From a virus (taxonomy: Duplodnaviria; Caudoviricetes), in IMG/VR virus record IMGVR_UViG_3300029305_005724, positions 64,001 through 128,000 of that record: DNA of 64,000 bases; one strand, given 5' to 3'. The position numbers were made by a program, and so were the translations under genes. This document shows, piece by piece, positions 9,769 to 19,865 of the stretch. Each line of letters starts with the position of its first letter. The first letter of the stretch is position 1. Under the pieces are notes generated by a model. It made no database searches, was not told the DNA's origin, and saw only the letters and a program-made list of their open reading frames with translations.

Positions 9769-10857
9769 TTACATACCATCCGACCAGGAAGAAGATGCTT
9801 TAAGATCTTCAACATCTTGCTCAAGCACAGTAACAGTCTGATGAATAATTACAGTATCACCATTTTTAGCAAACCATTCTTCCTCAGTACCTTCAAATCC
9901 ATGCTCTAGTGCAAGCTCATATGCACTTTTTCCGTCAGCACCTCTAAGAGAATTTAACCATTCTTGGACAGTGCCCTCAAAGCCATTATCGCAGGCTAGT
10001 TCATAGGCACTTTTTCCATTAGTTCCTCTAAGAGAAGCAAGCCATTCAGCTTCTGTACCTTCAAATCCATGCTCTACGTCAAGTTCATAGGCACTCTTTC
10101 CAGGATTGCCATCTTCTCCAGGTTCACCCTTAAGAGATTCAAGCCATTCCTCTTCAGTACCTTCAAATCCATGATCACAAGCAATCTGGTATGCGCTCTT
10201 ACCATCTTTTCCAGGAGCTCCAGAGCCTCCACCCTCTCCACCTCCATGGAGAGATTCAAGCCACTCTTCTACAGTCCCTTCAAAGCCATAATCGCAAGCA
10301 ATTTCATAAGCACTCTTTCCAGGAGCACCCTTAAGAGATTCAAGCCACTCTTCTTCAGTGCCTTCAAATCCATTATTCACAGCAATCTGATAAGCACTAA
10401 ATCCAGGAGTTCCTTGGCACTCTTTTACCCAATCTTCACGAGTTCCTTCATAACCGCATTCGACGGCGATCTCATAATTATCTTTTCCAGGATAGCCTCT
10501 CATAGACTCTAGCCAATCAGTTACAGTTCCAACAAATCCATGTTGGAGAGCAATCTGATAAGCATCATTTGGTGTCACATCCTTAATATACTGAATCTGA
10601 TGGAAATAGATTCTTTCTTTACGACTAGAATTGTCCTCAGACCAGTCAAACAGTACATAGCTATTATGGGGCATAGCTCTATTTTGTACTACATTAACAA
10701 TCTTACCCGTACGGTTAATGCTCTTACCATTAGAAATGTAGTATATATCATAAATACCATCATCTGTAACAACGAGATTTTCAACCATACCATTTCCAAG
10801 AGTTACACAAATTCTGTAAATCTTTTTATCTACACATTCGGCAGAAATAATAGGCAT
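9769..10857 (-). CDS. Virion protein with GKSAYEIA...GFEGTEEEWL repeats
   Basis: 8 tandem repeats of ~28 aa with short collagen-like GxPGxD linkers. Confidence 0.7.
   Translation of the reverse strand: MPIISAECVDKKIYRICVTLGNGMVENLVVTDDGIYDIYYISNGKSINRTGKIVNVVQNRAMPHNSYVLFDWSEDNSSRKERIYFHQIQYIKDVTPNDAYQIALQHGFVGTVTDWLESMRGYPGKDNYEIAVECGYEGTREDWVKECQGTPGFSAYQIAVNNGFEGTEEEWLESLKGAPGKSAYEIACDYGFEGTVEEWLESLHGGGEGGGSGAPGKDGKSAYQIACDHGFEGTEEEWLESLKGEPGEDGNPGKSAYELDVEHGFEGTEAEWLASLRGTNGKSAYELACDNGFEGTVQEWLNSLRGADGKSAYELALEHGFEGTEEEWFAKNGDTVIIHQTVTVLEQDVEDLKASSSWSDGM
9860..10570 (-). repeat. 8 coding tandem repeats of ~84 bp
   Basis: Repeated GKSAY(E/Q)(I/L)AxxxGFEGTxEEWLxSLxG. Confidence 0.9.
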
Positions 10858-10901
10858 ATCTAATCTACCTCCTTAATTTATATCGATTATTAAATAGTTA
10901 C

Positions 10902-10937
10902 AAAAGGCAAACCCCTATGCCCGAAAGCATAGGGGTT
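10902..10937 (-). terminator. Intrinsic terminator
   Basis: AACCCCTATGC/GCATAGGGGTT stem. Confidence 0.7.
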
Positions 10938-10949
10938 ATTTAAGGCATT

Positions 10950-12074
10950 TTATCCAATGCCTAGATAGAACTTGACTAGATCATCAAGTGATAGATCGGT
11001 CTTAGAACCATTAACTACTAGTGATACATTATCGCCATTAATAATAGCTTTAGACCCATCTTCATACTTATATTCAAACTTCTGATTCTTATCGCAGCAT
11101 TCACAGCAATTCGGTTCAGAAGTATCTTCAATAACTCCTTCTCCATTCTCTGAAGGAGAATATACAGTACTGCATCCTCTAATCTGATCAAGCATAATGG
11201 TTTCATATCTACCTTCAAAGGTATCAGAAGTATCCATTACAATTTTCACAGGAGGTGCTGGAGGTTGTTTCATGAAATCATGCTTTGTTGTACAGCAATC
11301 ATCCTCATAACCAGCATATACAGAATTCTTTGCTCCAATATTTTCTCTAACTACGGTAGGACCGTGATGATGAGGAGCATGATCTGGATGAGGGAGCTCA
11401 GTGATTTCAGCAATCTTTGCCCTTACCTCAAATATAGTACCATTTCTAGACATGTATGTAATATCATAAATACCATCTTTTTCAAGATTTACGTATTTAA
11501 CAGCATTCTCAATACTGTCATCGAAGAACTCTAGATGAATAACAATGGCCTTAACCATTGTAGCAGAAATTCCAAGTAACAAAACTTTTGTTCCTCCTTT
11601 TGGTTTTTTATTTTGACCATTGTCACTGAGTATGTAAGATACATCTATCAAATTGGCCAGCGGAATAAAGATAATTTCAGTCTCATTATACTTACTTGTA
11701 TCAGGTGGATTAAGAACACAATTACAAGTAGGCATAGGAGGCTGATTAGTTTTCATGAATAAATGATAATCTTTGCAATTATGCTTTTTATCGCATGAAT
11801 TGCAGTTTGGCTTCTTTTTATCACTATTATGAATTGTCTTTACCTTAATTTGATCTGTAAATACGTCTAATACTAAACCAGTAATAGAACGCCTAGATCC
11901 AGTAGAAGCATCATAAAATGTAAAGTTATATTCCATATTAGTAAATACCTTTACATCTTTCATTTTTGCCCCTAAATCATTAGAAATAGTTACGTTTAAA
12001 TAGGAAAGCAGCTCAGCGTTTGTTAGCCTTGTTTGAATGAAGCTTCTTTCCAGACTGTACGTTTGTCGTCCCAT
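10950..12074 (-). CDS. Cys/His-rich hypothetical protein with domains paralogous to the 9769 N-terminus
   Basis: ATG at 12074 after AAGGAGG; KDGIYDITYMSRNG versus DDGIYDIYYISNG. Confidence 0.6.
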   Translation of the reverse strand: MGRQTYSLERSFIQTRLTNAELLSYLNVTISNDLGAKMKDVKVFTNMEYNFTFYDASTGSRRSITGLVLDVFTDQIKVKTIHNSDKKKPNCNSCDKKHNCKDYHLFMKTNQPPMPTCNCVLNPPDTSKYNETEIIFIPLANLIDVSYILSDNGQNKKPKGGTKVLLLGISATMVKAIVIHLEFFDDSIENAVKYVNLEKDGIYDITYMSRNGTIFEVRAKIAEITELPHPDHAPHHHGPTVVRENIGAKNSVYAGYEDDCCTTKHDFMKQPPAPPVKIVMDTSDTFEGRYETIMLDQIRGCSTVYSPSENGEGVIEDTSEPNCCECCDKNQKFEYKYEDGSKAIINGDNVSLVVNGSKTDLSLDDLVKFYLGIG

Positions 12075-13272
12075 AGAATTCGGCCTCCTTATTACGTATA
12101 AATGCAATCATATCGCAAATATTATTAATAAGTTCAACGCTAAAGTCTGTTTTAGCTTCCTGAGTAAGTCTGAGGACGGCAATATTCTTAACCAGATAAT
12201 ACATATATGCTGCATCGATTACATCATCAGGGTTAAGACCTCTAGTTGTAATAGTAATAAGAATACAGAATTTCTTAATGTCTACTTCTGTAACTTTAAG
12301 ATCTCTAATTTTATTATAAAGATCTACATTTGTTACAAATTCTTCTGCATTCAATACATTAATTGCAGCAGCATCATCAATAAGAATCTTTCTAAGAGCA
12401 ATGGGCATTTCTTTTGCATCTGTCATTTTAAATTGAGATTTAGAGTTGCAATAATTGTAATTATCAAGGCATCTCTTAAACTCGAGCTCATAACGACGAA
12501 CAGCTTTTCTAGTATGACTAGAATTTTCAAAGCATTCCTTAGCATAAGAGAATGTATAAGATCTCTTAAATGCATCACGAACTTTTTCAAGAGTTTCTGC
12601 CTTATCAGGAAATTCATCCTTAATTTTTTCGATCATTGCAGGAATACGAACTTCCATAGTTTCCCTTGTATGCTCGCTATAAAGGTCAGAAATGCTAGGC
12701 ATATTCAGAGCTTCATCAATAGATTTCTGGAAGTCAATAAATGCCTGCTCAACATCTGCATCTTGAACGAATTCATTCATGACAAATCTAGCCACATCTT
12801 CCTTTCTATTTACAGGAATATTGTTTGCGGCCATAAGAGCATCAATATTATCCTGGAAGAATTTAGGCAAATTATCATAAACCTTATACTTACCATCTTT
12901 CATCTTAGTTACAACTTCAAGAATCTGGTACGTATCTTCATCAGAAATATTAAAATCTCCTTTGATTTTATCAACTGCACGATTTCTAACAGCTTCTTCT
13001 ACAGCCTCTTTATTATCAACATCAAAAATGCTTACATCAGCAGCAGGAAAATGATCGATTTCTTGAGCAATAAGATCAATTTCATTTTCTTCATTGAGAG
13101 TTGCATCGACAGTTTCGGCTTCAAGAGGCGCATCGGGATTTACAGTAGTTTCTTCAGCAATTTTGCGAATATCAACTACATCCTTATCTACAGAATCTTC
13201 TGCAGCTTTAGCAAGTTCATCAACCTGCTCATCTGTTAGGGTTGTGTTTTTAATTTCATTTGTGTTTTCCAT
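12013..13272 (-). CDS. Hypothetical protein with acidic N-terminus
   Basis: 419 aa ORF with AAGGAG RBS. Confidence 0.75.
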   Translation of the reverse strand: MENTNEIKNTTLTDEQVDELAKAAEDSVDKDVVDIRKIAEETTVNPDAPLEAETVDATLNEENEIDLIAQEIDHFPAADVSIFDVDNKEAVEEAVRNRAVDKIKGDFNISDEDTYQILEVVTKMKDGKYKVYDNLPKFFQDNIDALMAANNIPVNRKEDVARFVMNEFVQDADVEQAFIDFQKSIDEALNMPSISDLYSEHTRETMEVRIPAMIEKIKDEFPDKAETLEKVRDAFKRSYTFSYAKECFENSSHTRKAVRRYELEFKRCLDNYNYCNSKSQFKMTDAKEMPIALRKILIDDAAAINVLNAEEFVTNVDLYNKIRDLKVTEVDIKKFCILITITTRGLNPDDVIDAAYMYYLVKNIAVLRLTQEAKTDFSVELINNICDMIAFIRNKEAEFYGTTNVQSGKKLHSNKANKR

Positions 13273-13284
13273 GTCATTTTCTCC

Positions 13285-14112
13285 TTAATTTTCAGAATCT
13301 GAAACTTCAGATGCCTGCATATTAGAATCTACATCAGCTGCTGTTATAGTCTGATCATGATGCATAGCTAGCTCTTGAAGCTTAAATCTAATACTAGTAA
13401 TTACATCAGCTCTGATATCACTATGCAATATACTAATATAAGCTTTTTCAAAGAAATTAGAATTAGCAGAAACAATATTTAGGAAATATCTTTTCATTTC
13501 CGAATTGTTTCCGCAGATTAGAGAAATAATAAGATGGAAAGGCATTTCCATTCCACATACTTCTGTGATAACCTTATCAATATTTGCATTGATAATTGCA
13601 AGCTTAATATCTTTATATACACGCTTGCTATAAATTGTGCTACTATCTTTATTCTTTTTAAGGTCAGTCAACCCAAGAGAATCGTAAAGATAACTACGTT
13701 CACGATAAATAAAATTAGCGAAGAAAGATACCATATTATTGGTAAATTCGCATACCATCAAGTTATAAAGATGGAAAGCTGCAGAATAAAGATCGATATC
13801 AGGATCTATAGTAAAATTCAAATCAAATTCTCTACAAATAATATCAATGATTTCTTTATACGTCTCGTTTCTTACTCTAAGAACTTCATCGCGACTATCT
13901 GCTCCATATCTTGCAATAATAGCCTTAAAGTTCTGCTCCCAAGCTCCTACGACATTTGGTTTTGTAAGTACATGGACTCCAGAAAACCTGCTTTTAAGAG
14001 CTTCATCGACAATAGTAAATACAAATTCTGAATTGTAATGAGACAATACATCTGCAAGTTCATTTTCTGTTGTAATATTAAAAGACTGCAGATTTGCATT
14101 AAAACTACTCAT
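13285..14112 (-). CDS. Hypothetical protein
   Basis: ATG at 14112 after GAAAGGAG. Confidence 0.75.
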   Translation of the reverse strand: MSSFNANLQSFNITTENELADVLSHYNSEFVFTIVDEALKSRFSGVHVLTKPNVVGAWEQNFKAIIARYGADSRDEVLRVRNETYKEIIDIICREFDLNFTIDPDIDLYSAAFHLYNLMVCEFTNNMVSFFANFIYRERSYLYDSLGLTDLKKNKDSSTIYSKRVYKDIKLAIINANIDKVITEVCGMEMPFHLIISLICGNNSEMKRYFLNIVSANSNFFEKAYISILHSDIRADVITSIRFKLQELAMHHDQTITAADVDSNMQASEVSDSEN

Positions 14113-14170
14113 AAGTATGAAATCTCCTTTCATAAATTCTTATGTTTAAGTTCGCCTAAAAATAAAGATG

Positions 14171-14209
14171 AAAAAAAAATAAAGAGGAACGATATAATCG
14201 TTCCTCTTT
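14171..14209 (-). terminator. Intrinsic terminator after the RNAP gene
   Basis: 13-bp stem AAAGAGGAACGAT plus U-tract. Confidence 0.8.
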
Positions 14210-14214
14210 TTAAT

Positions 14215-16467
14215 TTATTCATCATCACAATCATCAGGAATTGAAGCAGAGGCTGTAACCTTATCAGGATCTTCAAAGAAGATCATAGGCTCATAGAATT
14301 CTCCAGGATTTGGCTTGAATTCTTCTTCCTTAGGCGGTTCTATTCCTTGAATTGCATACTGAGGTTTTTCCATAAAGAATAGATCCATAAATGATGAACC
14401 ATTCTTTTTGAAGGTTAGCGGATTATAAAGAAGTTTTCCTACTTTTTGATAGCTCATAGATACCGTGATACTAGGATTGCAAGTCAATGCTCTGTTGAGT
14501 GACAAAATCTCATAATTAGGATCATAGAGAAACCACTTCGGCTTCTTTAAAATATCCTCAGGATCTCTTAATTGATTGGACACAATAACTTCAATATGAG
14601 TTGAAGATATTCCTAAACCACCGTCATTAGCTGTCTCCAGAAGTGCTTGAAGAAGTTGGTGGATATCCATTCCTTTAATCGTACTATTTTTATTCAGTAG
14701 ATTATTCAAGTGATTAAGAGTCTTAGAAAGTTCATTATTCTCGATAGGAACAATAAACAATGTCATTTCTGCAAGTTCAGAAAAGTCTACATGAATACAT
14801 CCATCAATAGGCTCACCTTTCTTTCTAATAACAGAATTAAATTCATTAGAAATATAAAGCTTTGCTCCTTTGTCATTGGATATATGGAATGTTTCTCCAT
14901 TCTGAATTACATCAAATTCTGTAATATATTCATTATAAATAGAAGGTCCATCATCGTCATCTCCCCCGAGATCATCGTCTTCTTCGTTTTCAAGTTCAAT
15001 GAACTCCGGATCAAGAACGAAAGTACAATTCTTAGATTCGGCATCGGAATTAATACGAATCATGTTTCCTTCAACTTCAAAGAGCTCTGCAAATTTATCA
15101 ACCCAAACAAGTTTTTCAACAAATGTTTCAAGAAGATGCTTTGCAGAAAGAAGCTTCTGAGTAAGGCTAGATGACAATGTTTCACTAGCGATACGTCCTA
15201 CATTAACACCAAAATTAATTGCAGCATCATAAACTGTATATGCAAGATCCCCATAGCATTTATAACAAATACCTTGTCCTCTTGCTGCTGATGCACAAGT
15301 AATAGGCGAACGTAATAGAATTTCTTTACCGATAAGATGCTTATCTTTAGGAGTAATAAGCATTTCAACCCCATGAGGATCTAATCTATAATATCTATTA
15401 CGAAGCATTTTTAATGTTTTAGCGTCCTTAATAGTAATTCTGACAAAATTAGGACTGCAGCAATCATAGTTGGGATCAGGATTCAAAAACGAATCCATAT
15501 TATTCAAACCAAGAAGACGTGCAAAGTGTCCAGAAGAACCAACGTTATTATATTTAATAATTTGCGCTGTTCTACCTGTAGATGATTCAATGAAATAATC
15601 AATGGGATTTGCTACACCGCCATTGATAAATGAGTTATAAATCGGAACAGGGAAAATGCCTCCATGACCATCAGGCTTGCTTCCGATATTAATTGTAAAT
15701 TCTTTAAACTGCTTCGGGTTTATTCCTTCAGAAGCTCTACAAGCATCTGCAAGACAATGATCATAACCCAAATATTGTTTTGCATTTTTCATAATATCGA
15801 TTGCTCTGTTAGCGAATTTCATACCTTCTGCTTTAACATCTTCAATCGGTACATTATGAAGATCTGCATGCATACATTCATAGAATTCAGGGCATTTCTG
15901 CATAAGCAAAACATTATCTTCAAGATTAACTGTATTTGCCAAAAAGAGTGCAAATTCATCTATATCATGAATACGATGCAGCGTATCATCAATGATATTA
16001 TTAAGCTCTTTATTAGAGAATTTTTTGCGGCTAGTATCGATAAGAAATTTATCAATATAATCTTTAATTGTATCTTTCTTTATCTCATTTGCAAAGAATA
16101 CATGCTTTGATTCTACAGGAACCCCTGTCTGAATTAGCATATCCCACATAATAAGATTTAACAAATAATCTGGAACCATCAAATCCAAAACTTTCTTATC
16201 ATAAAAATTTACGACAATAAATGATTTTTGAATTAATTCTGTTTCGATTCCATCTCTAAGAAGATTTAAGACAGAATCATAATGACTCTGCCAGTTTGCT
16301 TTTGTAATGTCTTTTGTTTTGACAAAGACTTGCTCACCATTAACTAATGGGGCATAAATACCATAATTTTCTGGGTGGCCTAATGCGGATGAGCCACAAT
16401 CCTGAACGAAATAACCCTGCTCAAGGCGCATTCGTTCAATTTTTTCGTTGATTGTTTGTTTTGCCAT
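14215..16467 (-). CDS. Multisubunit RNA polymerase beta-prime C-terminal half (probably non-virion RNAP)
   Basis: Bridge helix GSSGHFARLL, Zn site RSPITC...GICYKCYG, trigger loop VGRIASETLSSSLTQKLLSAKH, HIEVIV; early-type promoter; ATG at 16467 after AAGGAG. Confidence 0.9.
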   Translation of the reverse strand: MAKQTINEKIERMRLEQGYFVQDCGSSALGHPENYGIYAPLVNGEQVFVKTKDITKANWQSHYDSVLNLLRDGIETELIQKSFIVVNFYDKKVLDLMVPDYLLNLIMWDMLIQTGVPVESKHVFFANEIKKDTIKDYIDKFLIDTSRKKFSNKELNNIIDDTLHRIHDIDEFALFLANTVNLEDNVLLMQKCPEFYECMHADLHNVPIEDVKAEGMKFANRAIDIMKNAKQYLGYDHCLADACRASEGINPKQFKEFTINIGSKPDGHGGIFPVPIYNSFINGGVANPIDYFIESSTGRTAQIIKYNNVGSSGHFARLLGLNNMDSFLNPDPNYDCCSPNFVRITIKDAKTLKMLRNRYYRLDPHGVEMLITPKDKHLIGKEILLRSPITCASAARGQGICYKCYGDLAYTVYDAAINFGVNVGRIASETLSSSLTQKLLSAKHLLETFVEKLVWVDKFAELFEVEGNMIRINSDAESKNCTFVLDPEFIELENEEDDDLGGDDDDGPSIYNEYITEFDVIQNGETFHISNDKGAKLYISNEFNSVIRKKGEPIDGCIHVDFSELAEMTLFIVPIENNELSKTLNHLNNLLNKNSTIKGMDIHQLLQALLETANDGGLGISSTHIEVIVSNQLRDPEDILKKPKWFLYDPNYEILSLNRALTCNPSITVSMSYQKVGKLLYNPLTFKKNGSSFMDLFFMEKPQYAIQGIEPPKEEEFKPNPGEFYEPMIFFEDPDKVTASASIPDDCDDE

Positions 16468-16543
16468 TTTCATTCTCCTTTTATGTGTATTTTGCTTTTC
16501 GTTGTTATTACTTTGTTTTTGAAACATTAACAACTTATTTTTA

Positions 16544-16565
16544 TCATAATTATAATATGTATCTA
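16544..16565 (-). promoter_or_regulatory. Early-type promoter
   Basis: TAGATAC-ATATTATA-ATTATGA. Confidence 0.6.
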
Positions 16566-16663
16566 AAAAGAAATATGCGATAGTCCGAAGACTATCGCAT
16601 ACGTACTTTATTACAATGAAAGGAGATAAACAAAATGAACTTCAACCGAAAACATCTTTGTTT
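16565..16663 (-). ncRNA. Candidate anti-RBS sRNA A (~99 nt)
   Basis: Promoter AACATCTATATA (16663-16674), anti-SD/anti-AUG tract GUUCAUUUUGUUUAUCUCCUUUCAU, 12-bp cUUCGg terminator. Confidence 0.55.
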
Positions 16664-16675
16664 ATATAGATGTTA

Positions 16676-17107
16676 TTACTTTCTGAAATATTCAGGAATA
16701 GAAGCTTCAACAAATTCTTTATCGATAGCTTTCATAACAACAGCAGATTTATCGCCATATTTAGCAATGAGATCATTCATTACTCTACGTTCCTGAATAC
16801 GAAGAGATACAAGCTCATCCCAAAGGGGATCATCCTCTTCCTTTGCCATATGGCAAACTGTAGTTCTGAGAAGAGTATTCACATTACCGTCAGCAAGTCT
16901 ATCAATCATATCCTGATTGATAACTCCAGCTTCCATCATAGCTTTGGCTTCATCAGATTTAATAAATTCTTTAATCTTCGCAGAAGGAAGATTGCTCAAA
17001 GTTTCAAAAACAACTGCCTCACGAAACTGATTAGGGTTCTTGAGGGCACTTTCTAACTTGACATCAGCAGATCCAAAGATCTTGCTGTTTACCATTTCCA
17101 TAAACAT
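16676..17107 (-). CDS. Putative head protein
   Basis: 143 aa; late promoter at 17133-17144; KLES, FREA, MMEA, FVEA sites. Confidence 0.6.
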   Translation of the reverse strand: MFMEMVNSKIFGSADVKLESALKNPNQFREAVVFETLSNLPSAKIKEFIKSDEAKAMMEAGVINQDMIDRLADGNVNTLLRTTVCHMAKEEDDPLWDELVSLRIQERRVMNDLIAKYGDKSAVVMKAIDKEFVEASIPEYFRK

Positions 17108-17235
17108 ATCATGAGTCCTCCTAATTGATATTTATATAAATGTTGCTTGATTAGATATTATCATTATGAGCATAATATGAACTTTCATAATGCCAAAAAC
17201 AAAATTATAATATATTAAATGGAGGTATATTAGAA

Positions 17236-17685
17236 ATGCGAATTCCAGACACATTAACAAGACAGCAAGCAATGTATTTGCTTGAAAAATATTTATTAGA
17301 CGAAGAATCAACCCCTAATTTATCACTAGACCAGTTAACAAATGGCTATATAAAAGCAGATCTTGTGCAGCAAGTAAACTGTGATAGAGTTCATAGAATT
17401 TTATATAAGCATAGTAAAAAATATAGAAATCAATCGCCTCATAAGTCTGAGCTTTTAAATTATGAACAAGCTATAGGCAAAATAATGGGATATTTGCTTG
17501 GAGACAATTATTATATCGTAGATCCAGTAAATATGGAGCAAGGAAATTCTGTAATTGTACATGACATTTTAAAGCAATATTCTAAGCGTTATAGAAAAGA
17601 GCTTAGAGAAGAGTCTAAAATGGATACTTACTTTAGATTATTTGGCCGTACTATAATAATCAAAAAGAAGGAGAAGCGTAAATGA
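17236..17685 (+). CDS. Hypothetical protein
   Basis: GGAGG RBS; promoter at 17198-17209; ATGA overlap with the polymerase gene. Confidence 0.75.
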   Translation: MRIPDTLTRQQAMYLLEKYLLDEESTPNLSLDQLTNGYIKADLVQQVNCDRVHRILYKHSKKYRNQSPHKSELLNYEQAIGKIMGYLLGDNYYIVDPVNMEQGNSVIVHDILKQYSKRYRKELREESKMDTYFRLFGRTIIIKKKEKRK

Positions 17686-19787
17686 AAGATAATATGCGAA
17701 CTTCATTAGCAAGATATCCAGAAAGTGATATCTTGTATAATTATAAGAAAGTAGCAATGGAAATGCTACATTTTAATTTTCCGTCATTGAGTGAGGTTGA
17801 GTTAGCAGCGGCTGTTGATAACTCTATTTCTAAGCATTTTAAAGATACTGCCGTTCAGATTGATAATAATTATAAAAAGAAAACAATTGATATGACATTA
17901 AGAGGTCTTGCAGATTATATAATCTCAAGAGAACCAATTATAACCTCTTATGGAGTTCTATTTAACAGACACGGTGTATTGCCGAATCCTATATATACAA
18001 TGGTCGATGGATTTATTAATGACCGTAAGAAAATGAAAAAAGAAATGTTTAAGTATCCGAAAGGATCTGAAGATTTCGAGAAATACAATTTGCTTCAGTT
18101 ACTTTTGAAGATAGACAGTAATGGATTCTATGGCGCCACAGGCCAGTATAGTTGTATATATTATAACCTCTATACTGCATCTAGTGTAACAACTCAAGGA
18201 AGATCTTGTAACTCTGCAGCTGCTCTATTCTTTGAAAGCTTCTTAAATAATAATGTTCCTCATGCATCTATGAATGAGCTTATTACATTCATTCATAATG
18301 TGCTTAATGAGAAGCATCATTATAACAGCAATGATATTATTACCAACCATGCAACTCTTGATGAAACATTCTTCCAGTTAATGTCCACTACTGGATTCGG
18401 ATGGGTACCTTCGTATGATGAGATGTATATCGTTTGGGATATTCTTGCTAAATTAAATCAAGATGAATTAGATAGGCTTTTCTACAAGAATAATCTATTC
18501 CACTTTATCGATAATATTCCAGTAAAACAGTCTATTTTGTTTATTCTTCAGCAATTATCTGCTCCCTTCATGGATCCGAATGAGCCGCCAGAGGAAATTC
18601 AAGAAGCACTTGATGAATTTTTGGCAGTTGTTCAAGAGTATGTTTATTATGATAAACAAATTACAGATCGTATTGAGAAGATGGCATCCCTAGTTCGTTC
18701 CGTATCTATTATTCAAGACACAGACTCTGCTATCATTAGCCTTGATGGTTGGTATCAGTATGTAAGACAATTATGTGTCGGTGTGCCGATGAATATTAAG
18801 AATGAAGTTGTTGATGCTCTTGAATTTATTGAAAGCGGAGAAGTTAAAACATCTGAATCTAAACAAAAGATTATGGACTATAGCTTCTTAGACGATGATA
18901 TGATTGAAATGGATAGACTGATAGATCCTATGGTTATCACACCTCAGGATGGACTCAGATACTCTATTATCAATATTCTGGCATACTGTATTGGTAAGCT
19001 TGTCAATGATTATATGGAAAAGTATGCAAGAAATGCTCATAGTGATAATGAACGTCCTTGCCTACTTGTTCTCAAGAACGAATTCCTATTTAAGCGTGTT
19101 CTTATTACAGATGCTAAAAAGCACTATGCATCAAAGATGGAACTTCAGGAAGGAAATATTATTCCTGAAGATAAATCCCTTGATATTAAGGGCATGGATG
19201 CATTTGTTAAATCCAGTACTAATAATGCAATTAAAGAAAGATTGAAAAAGATTCTTTATGATGATATTCTTAATTCAGAATCTATAGATCAGATTAGGGT
19301 TTTAAAGGATATAGCTATCGTTGAAAAAGAAATCTTTGATTCTATCAATAATGGCGAAAAGAGATTCTTTAAACCTGTAAAGGTAAAGTCTCTTTCTTCT
19401 TATGAAAATCCTATGCGTATTCAGGGTATTGTAGCTTCCTATGCATATAATGCATTGCATGAACCTGGAACTGAAGCATTGGATATGAGCATAAGAAATT
19501 CTGTTGATATCGCAAAAGTTGATATTAATATGAAAAATATCGATCGTATTAGAGAGTCATTTCCTTATGTATATGAGAAGGCTATACAACTTATGAAGAC
19601 AAAGGAATTTTCTACAGGAATATCTTCTATAGCTATTCCTTCTAACGAGCCTGTTCCTGGATGGATTCTGCCATTTATTGAATACGCTCCCATTATTAAG
19701 GACAATGTATCAGGATTCCCGATTGAGTCTATAGGGCTATTTAGAGGTCCAGATACAAATAATTCTACTAATATAATTAAATTTTAA
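17682..19787 (+). CDS. Family B DNA polymerase, C-terminal part of a split enzyme
   Basis: Motif B KIDSNGFYG, motif C QDTDS, KKHY and IKG motifs; no exonuclease domain or motif A. Confidence 0.85.
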   Translation: MKDNMRTSLARYPESDILYNYKKVAMEMLHFNFPSLSEVELAAAVDNSISKHFKDTAVQIDNNYKKKTIDMTLRGLADYIISREPIITSYGVLFNRHGVLPNPIYTMVDGFINDRKKMKKEMFKYPKGSEDFEKYNLLQLLLKIDSNGFYGATGQYSCIYYNLYTASSVTTQGRSCNSAAALFFESFLNNNVPHASMNELITFIHNVLNEKHHYNSNDIITNHATLDETFFQLMSTTGFGWVPSYDEMYIVWDILAKLNQDELDRLFYKNNLFHFIDNIPVKQSILFILQQLSAPFMDPNEPPEEIQEALDEFLAVVQEYVYYDKQITDRIEKMASLVRSVSIIQDTDSAIISLDGWYQYVRQLCVGVPMNIKNEVVDALEFIESGEVKTSESKQKIMDYSFLDDDMIEMDRLIDPMVITPQDGLRYSIINILAYCIGKLVNDYMEKYARNAHSDNERPCLLVLKNEFLFKRVLITDAKKHYASKMELQEGNIIPEDKSLDIKGMDAFVKSSTNNAIKERLKKILYDDILNSESIDQIRVLKDIAIVEKEIFDSINNGEKRFFKPVKVKSLSSYENPMRIQGIVASYAYNALHEPGTEALDMSIRNSVDIAKVDINMKNIDRIRESFPYVYEKAIQLMKTKEFSTGISSIAIPSNEPVPGWILPFIEYAPIIKDNVSGFPIESIGLFRGPDTNNSTNIIKF

Positions 19788-19790
19788 GAA

Positions 19791-19826
19791 AATGGAGGGT
19801 AGTAATACCCTCCATTCTTTTTTTTT
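19791..19826 (+). terminator. Intrinsic terminator
   Basis: AATGGAGGGTA-GTAA-TACCCTCCATT plus T-run. Confidence 0.85.
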
Positions 19827-19843
19827 GTAATTTAAAGGTTTTT

Positions 19844-19865
19844 TAATTGTATATCATTACAATGA
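19844..19865 (+). promoter_or_regulatory. Early-type promoter
   Basis: TAATTGT-ATATCATT-ACAATGA. Confidence 0.5.

Noticed and set aside
9860-10570. Regularly spaced DNA repeats resembling a CRISPR array
   Set aside because: The repeats are degenerate at third codon positions and in frame within a protein; no unique spacers and no cas genes
16635-17056. Plus-strand ORF starting at a good RBS (GAAAGGAG...ATG at 16635) and the 16670-17056 track ORF
   Set aside because: They run antisense into the 16676 gene, and the promoter and UUCG terminator orientation favour a minus-strand RNA; not fully excluded
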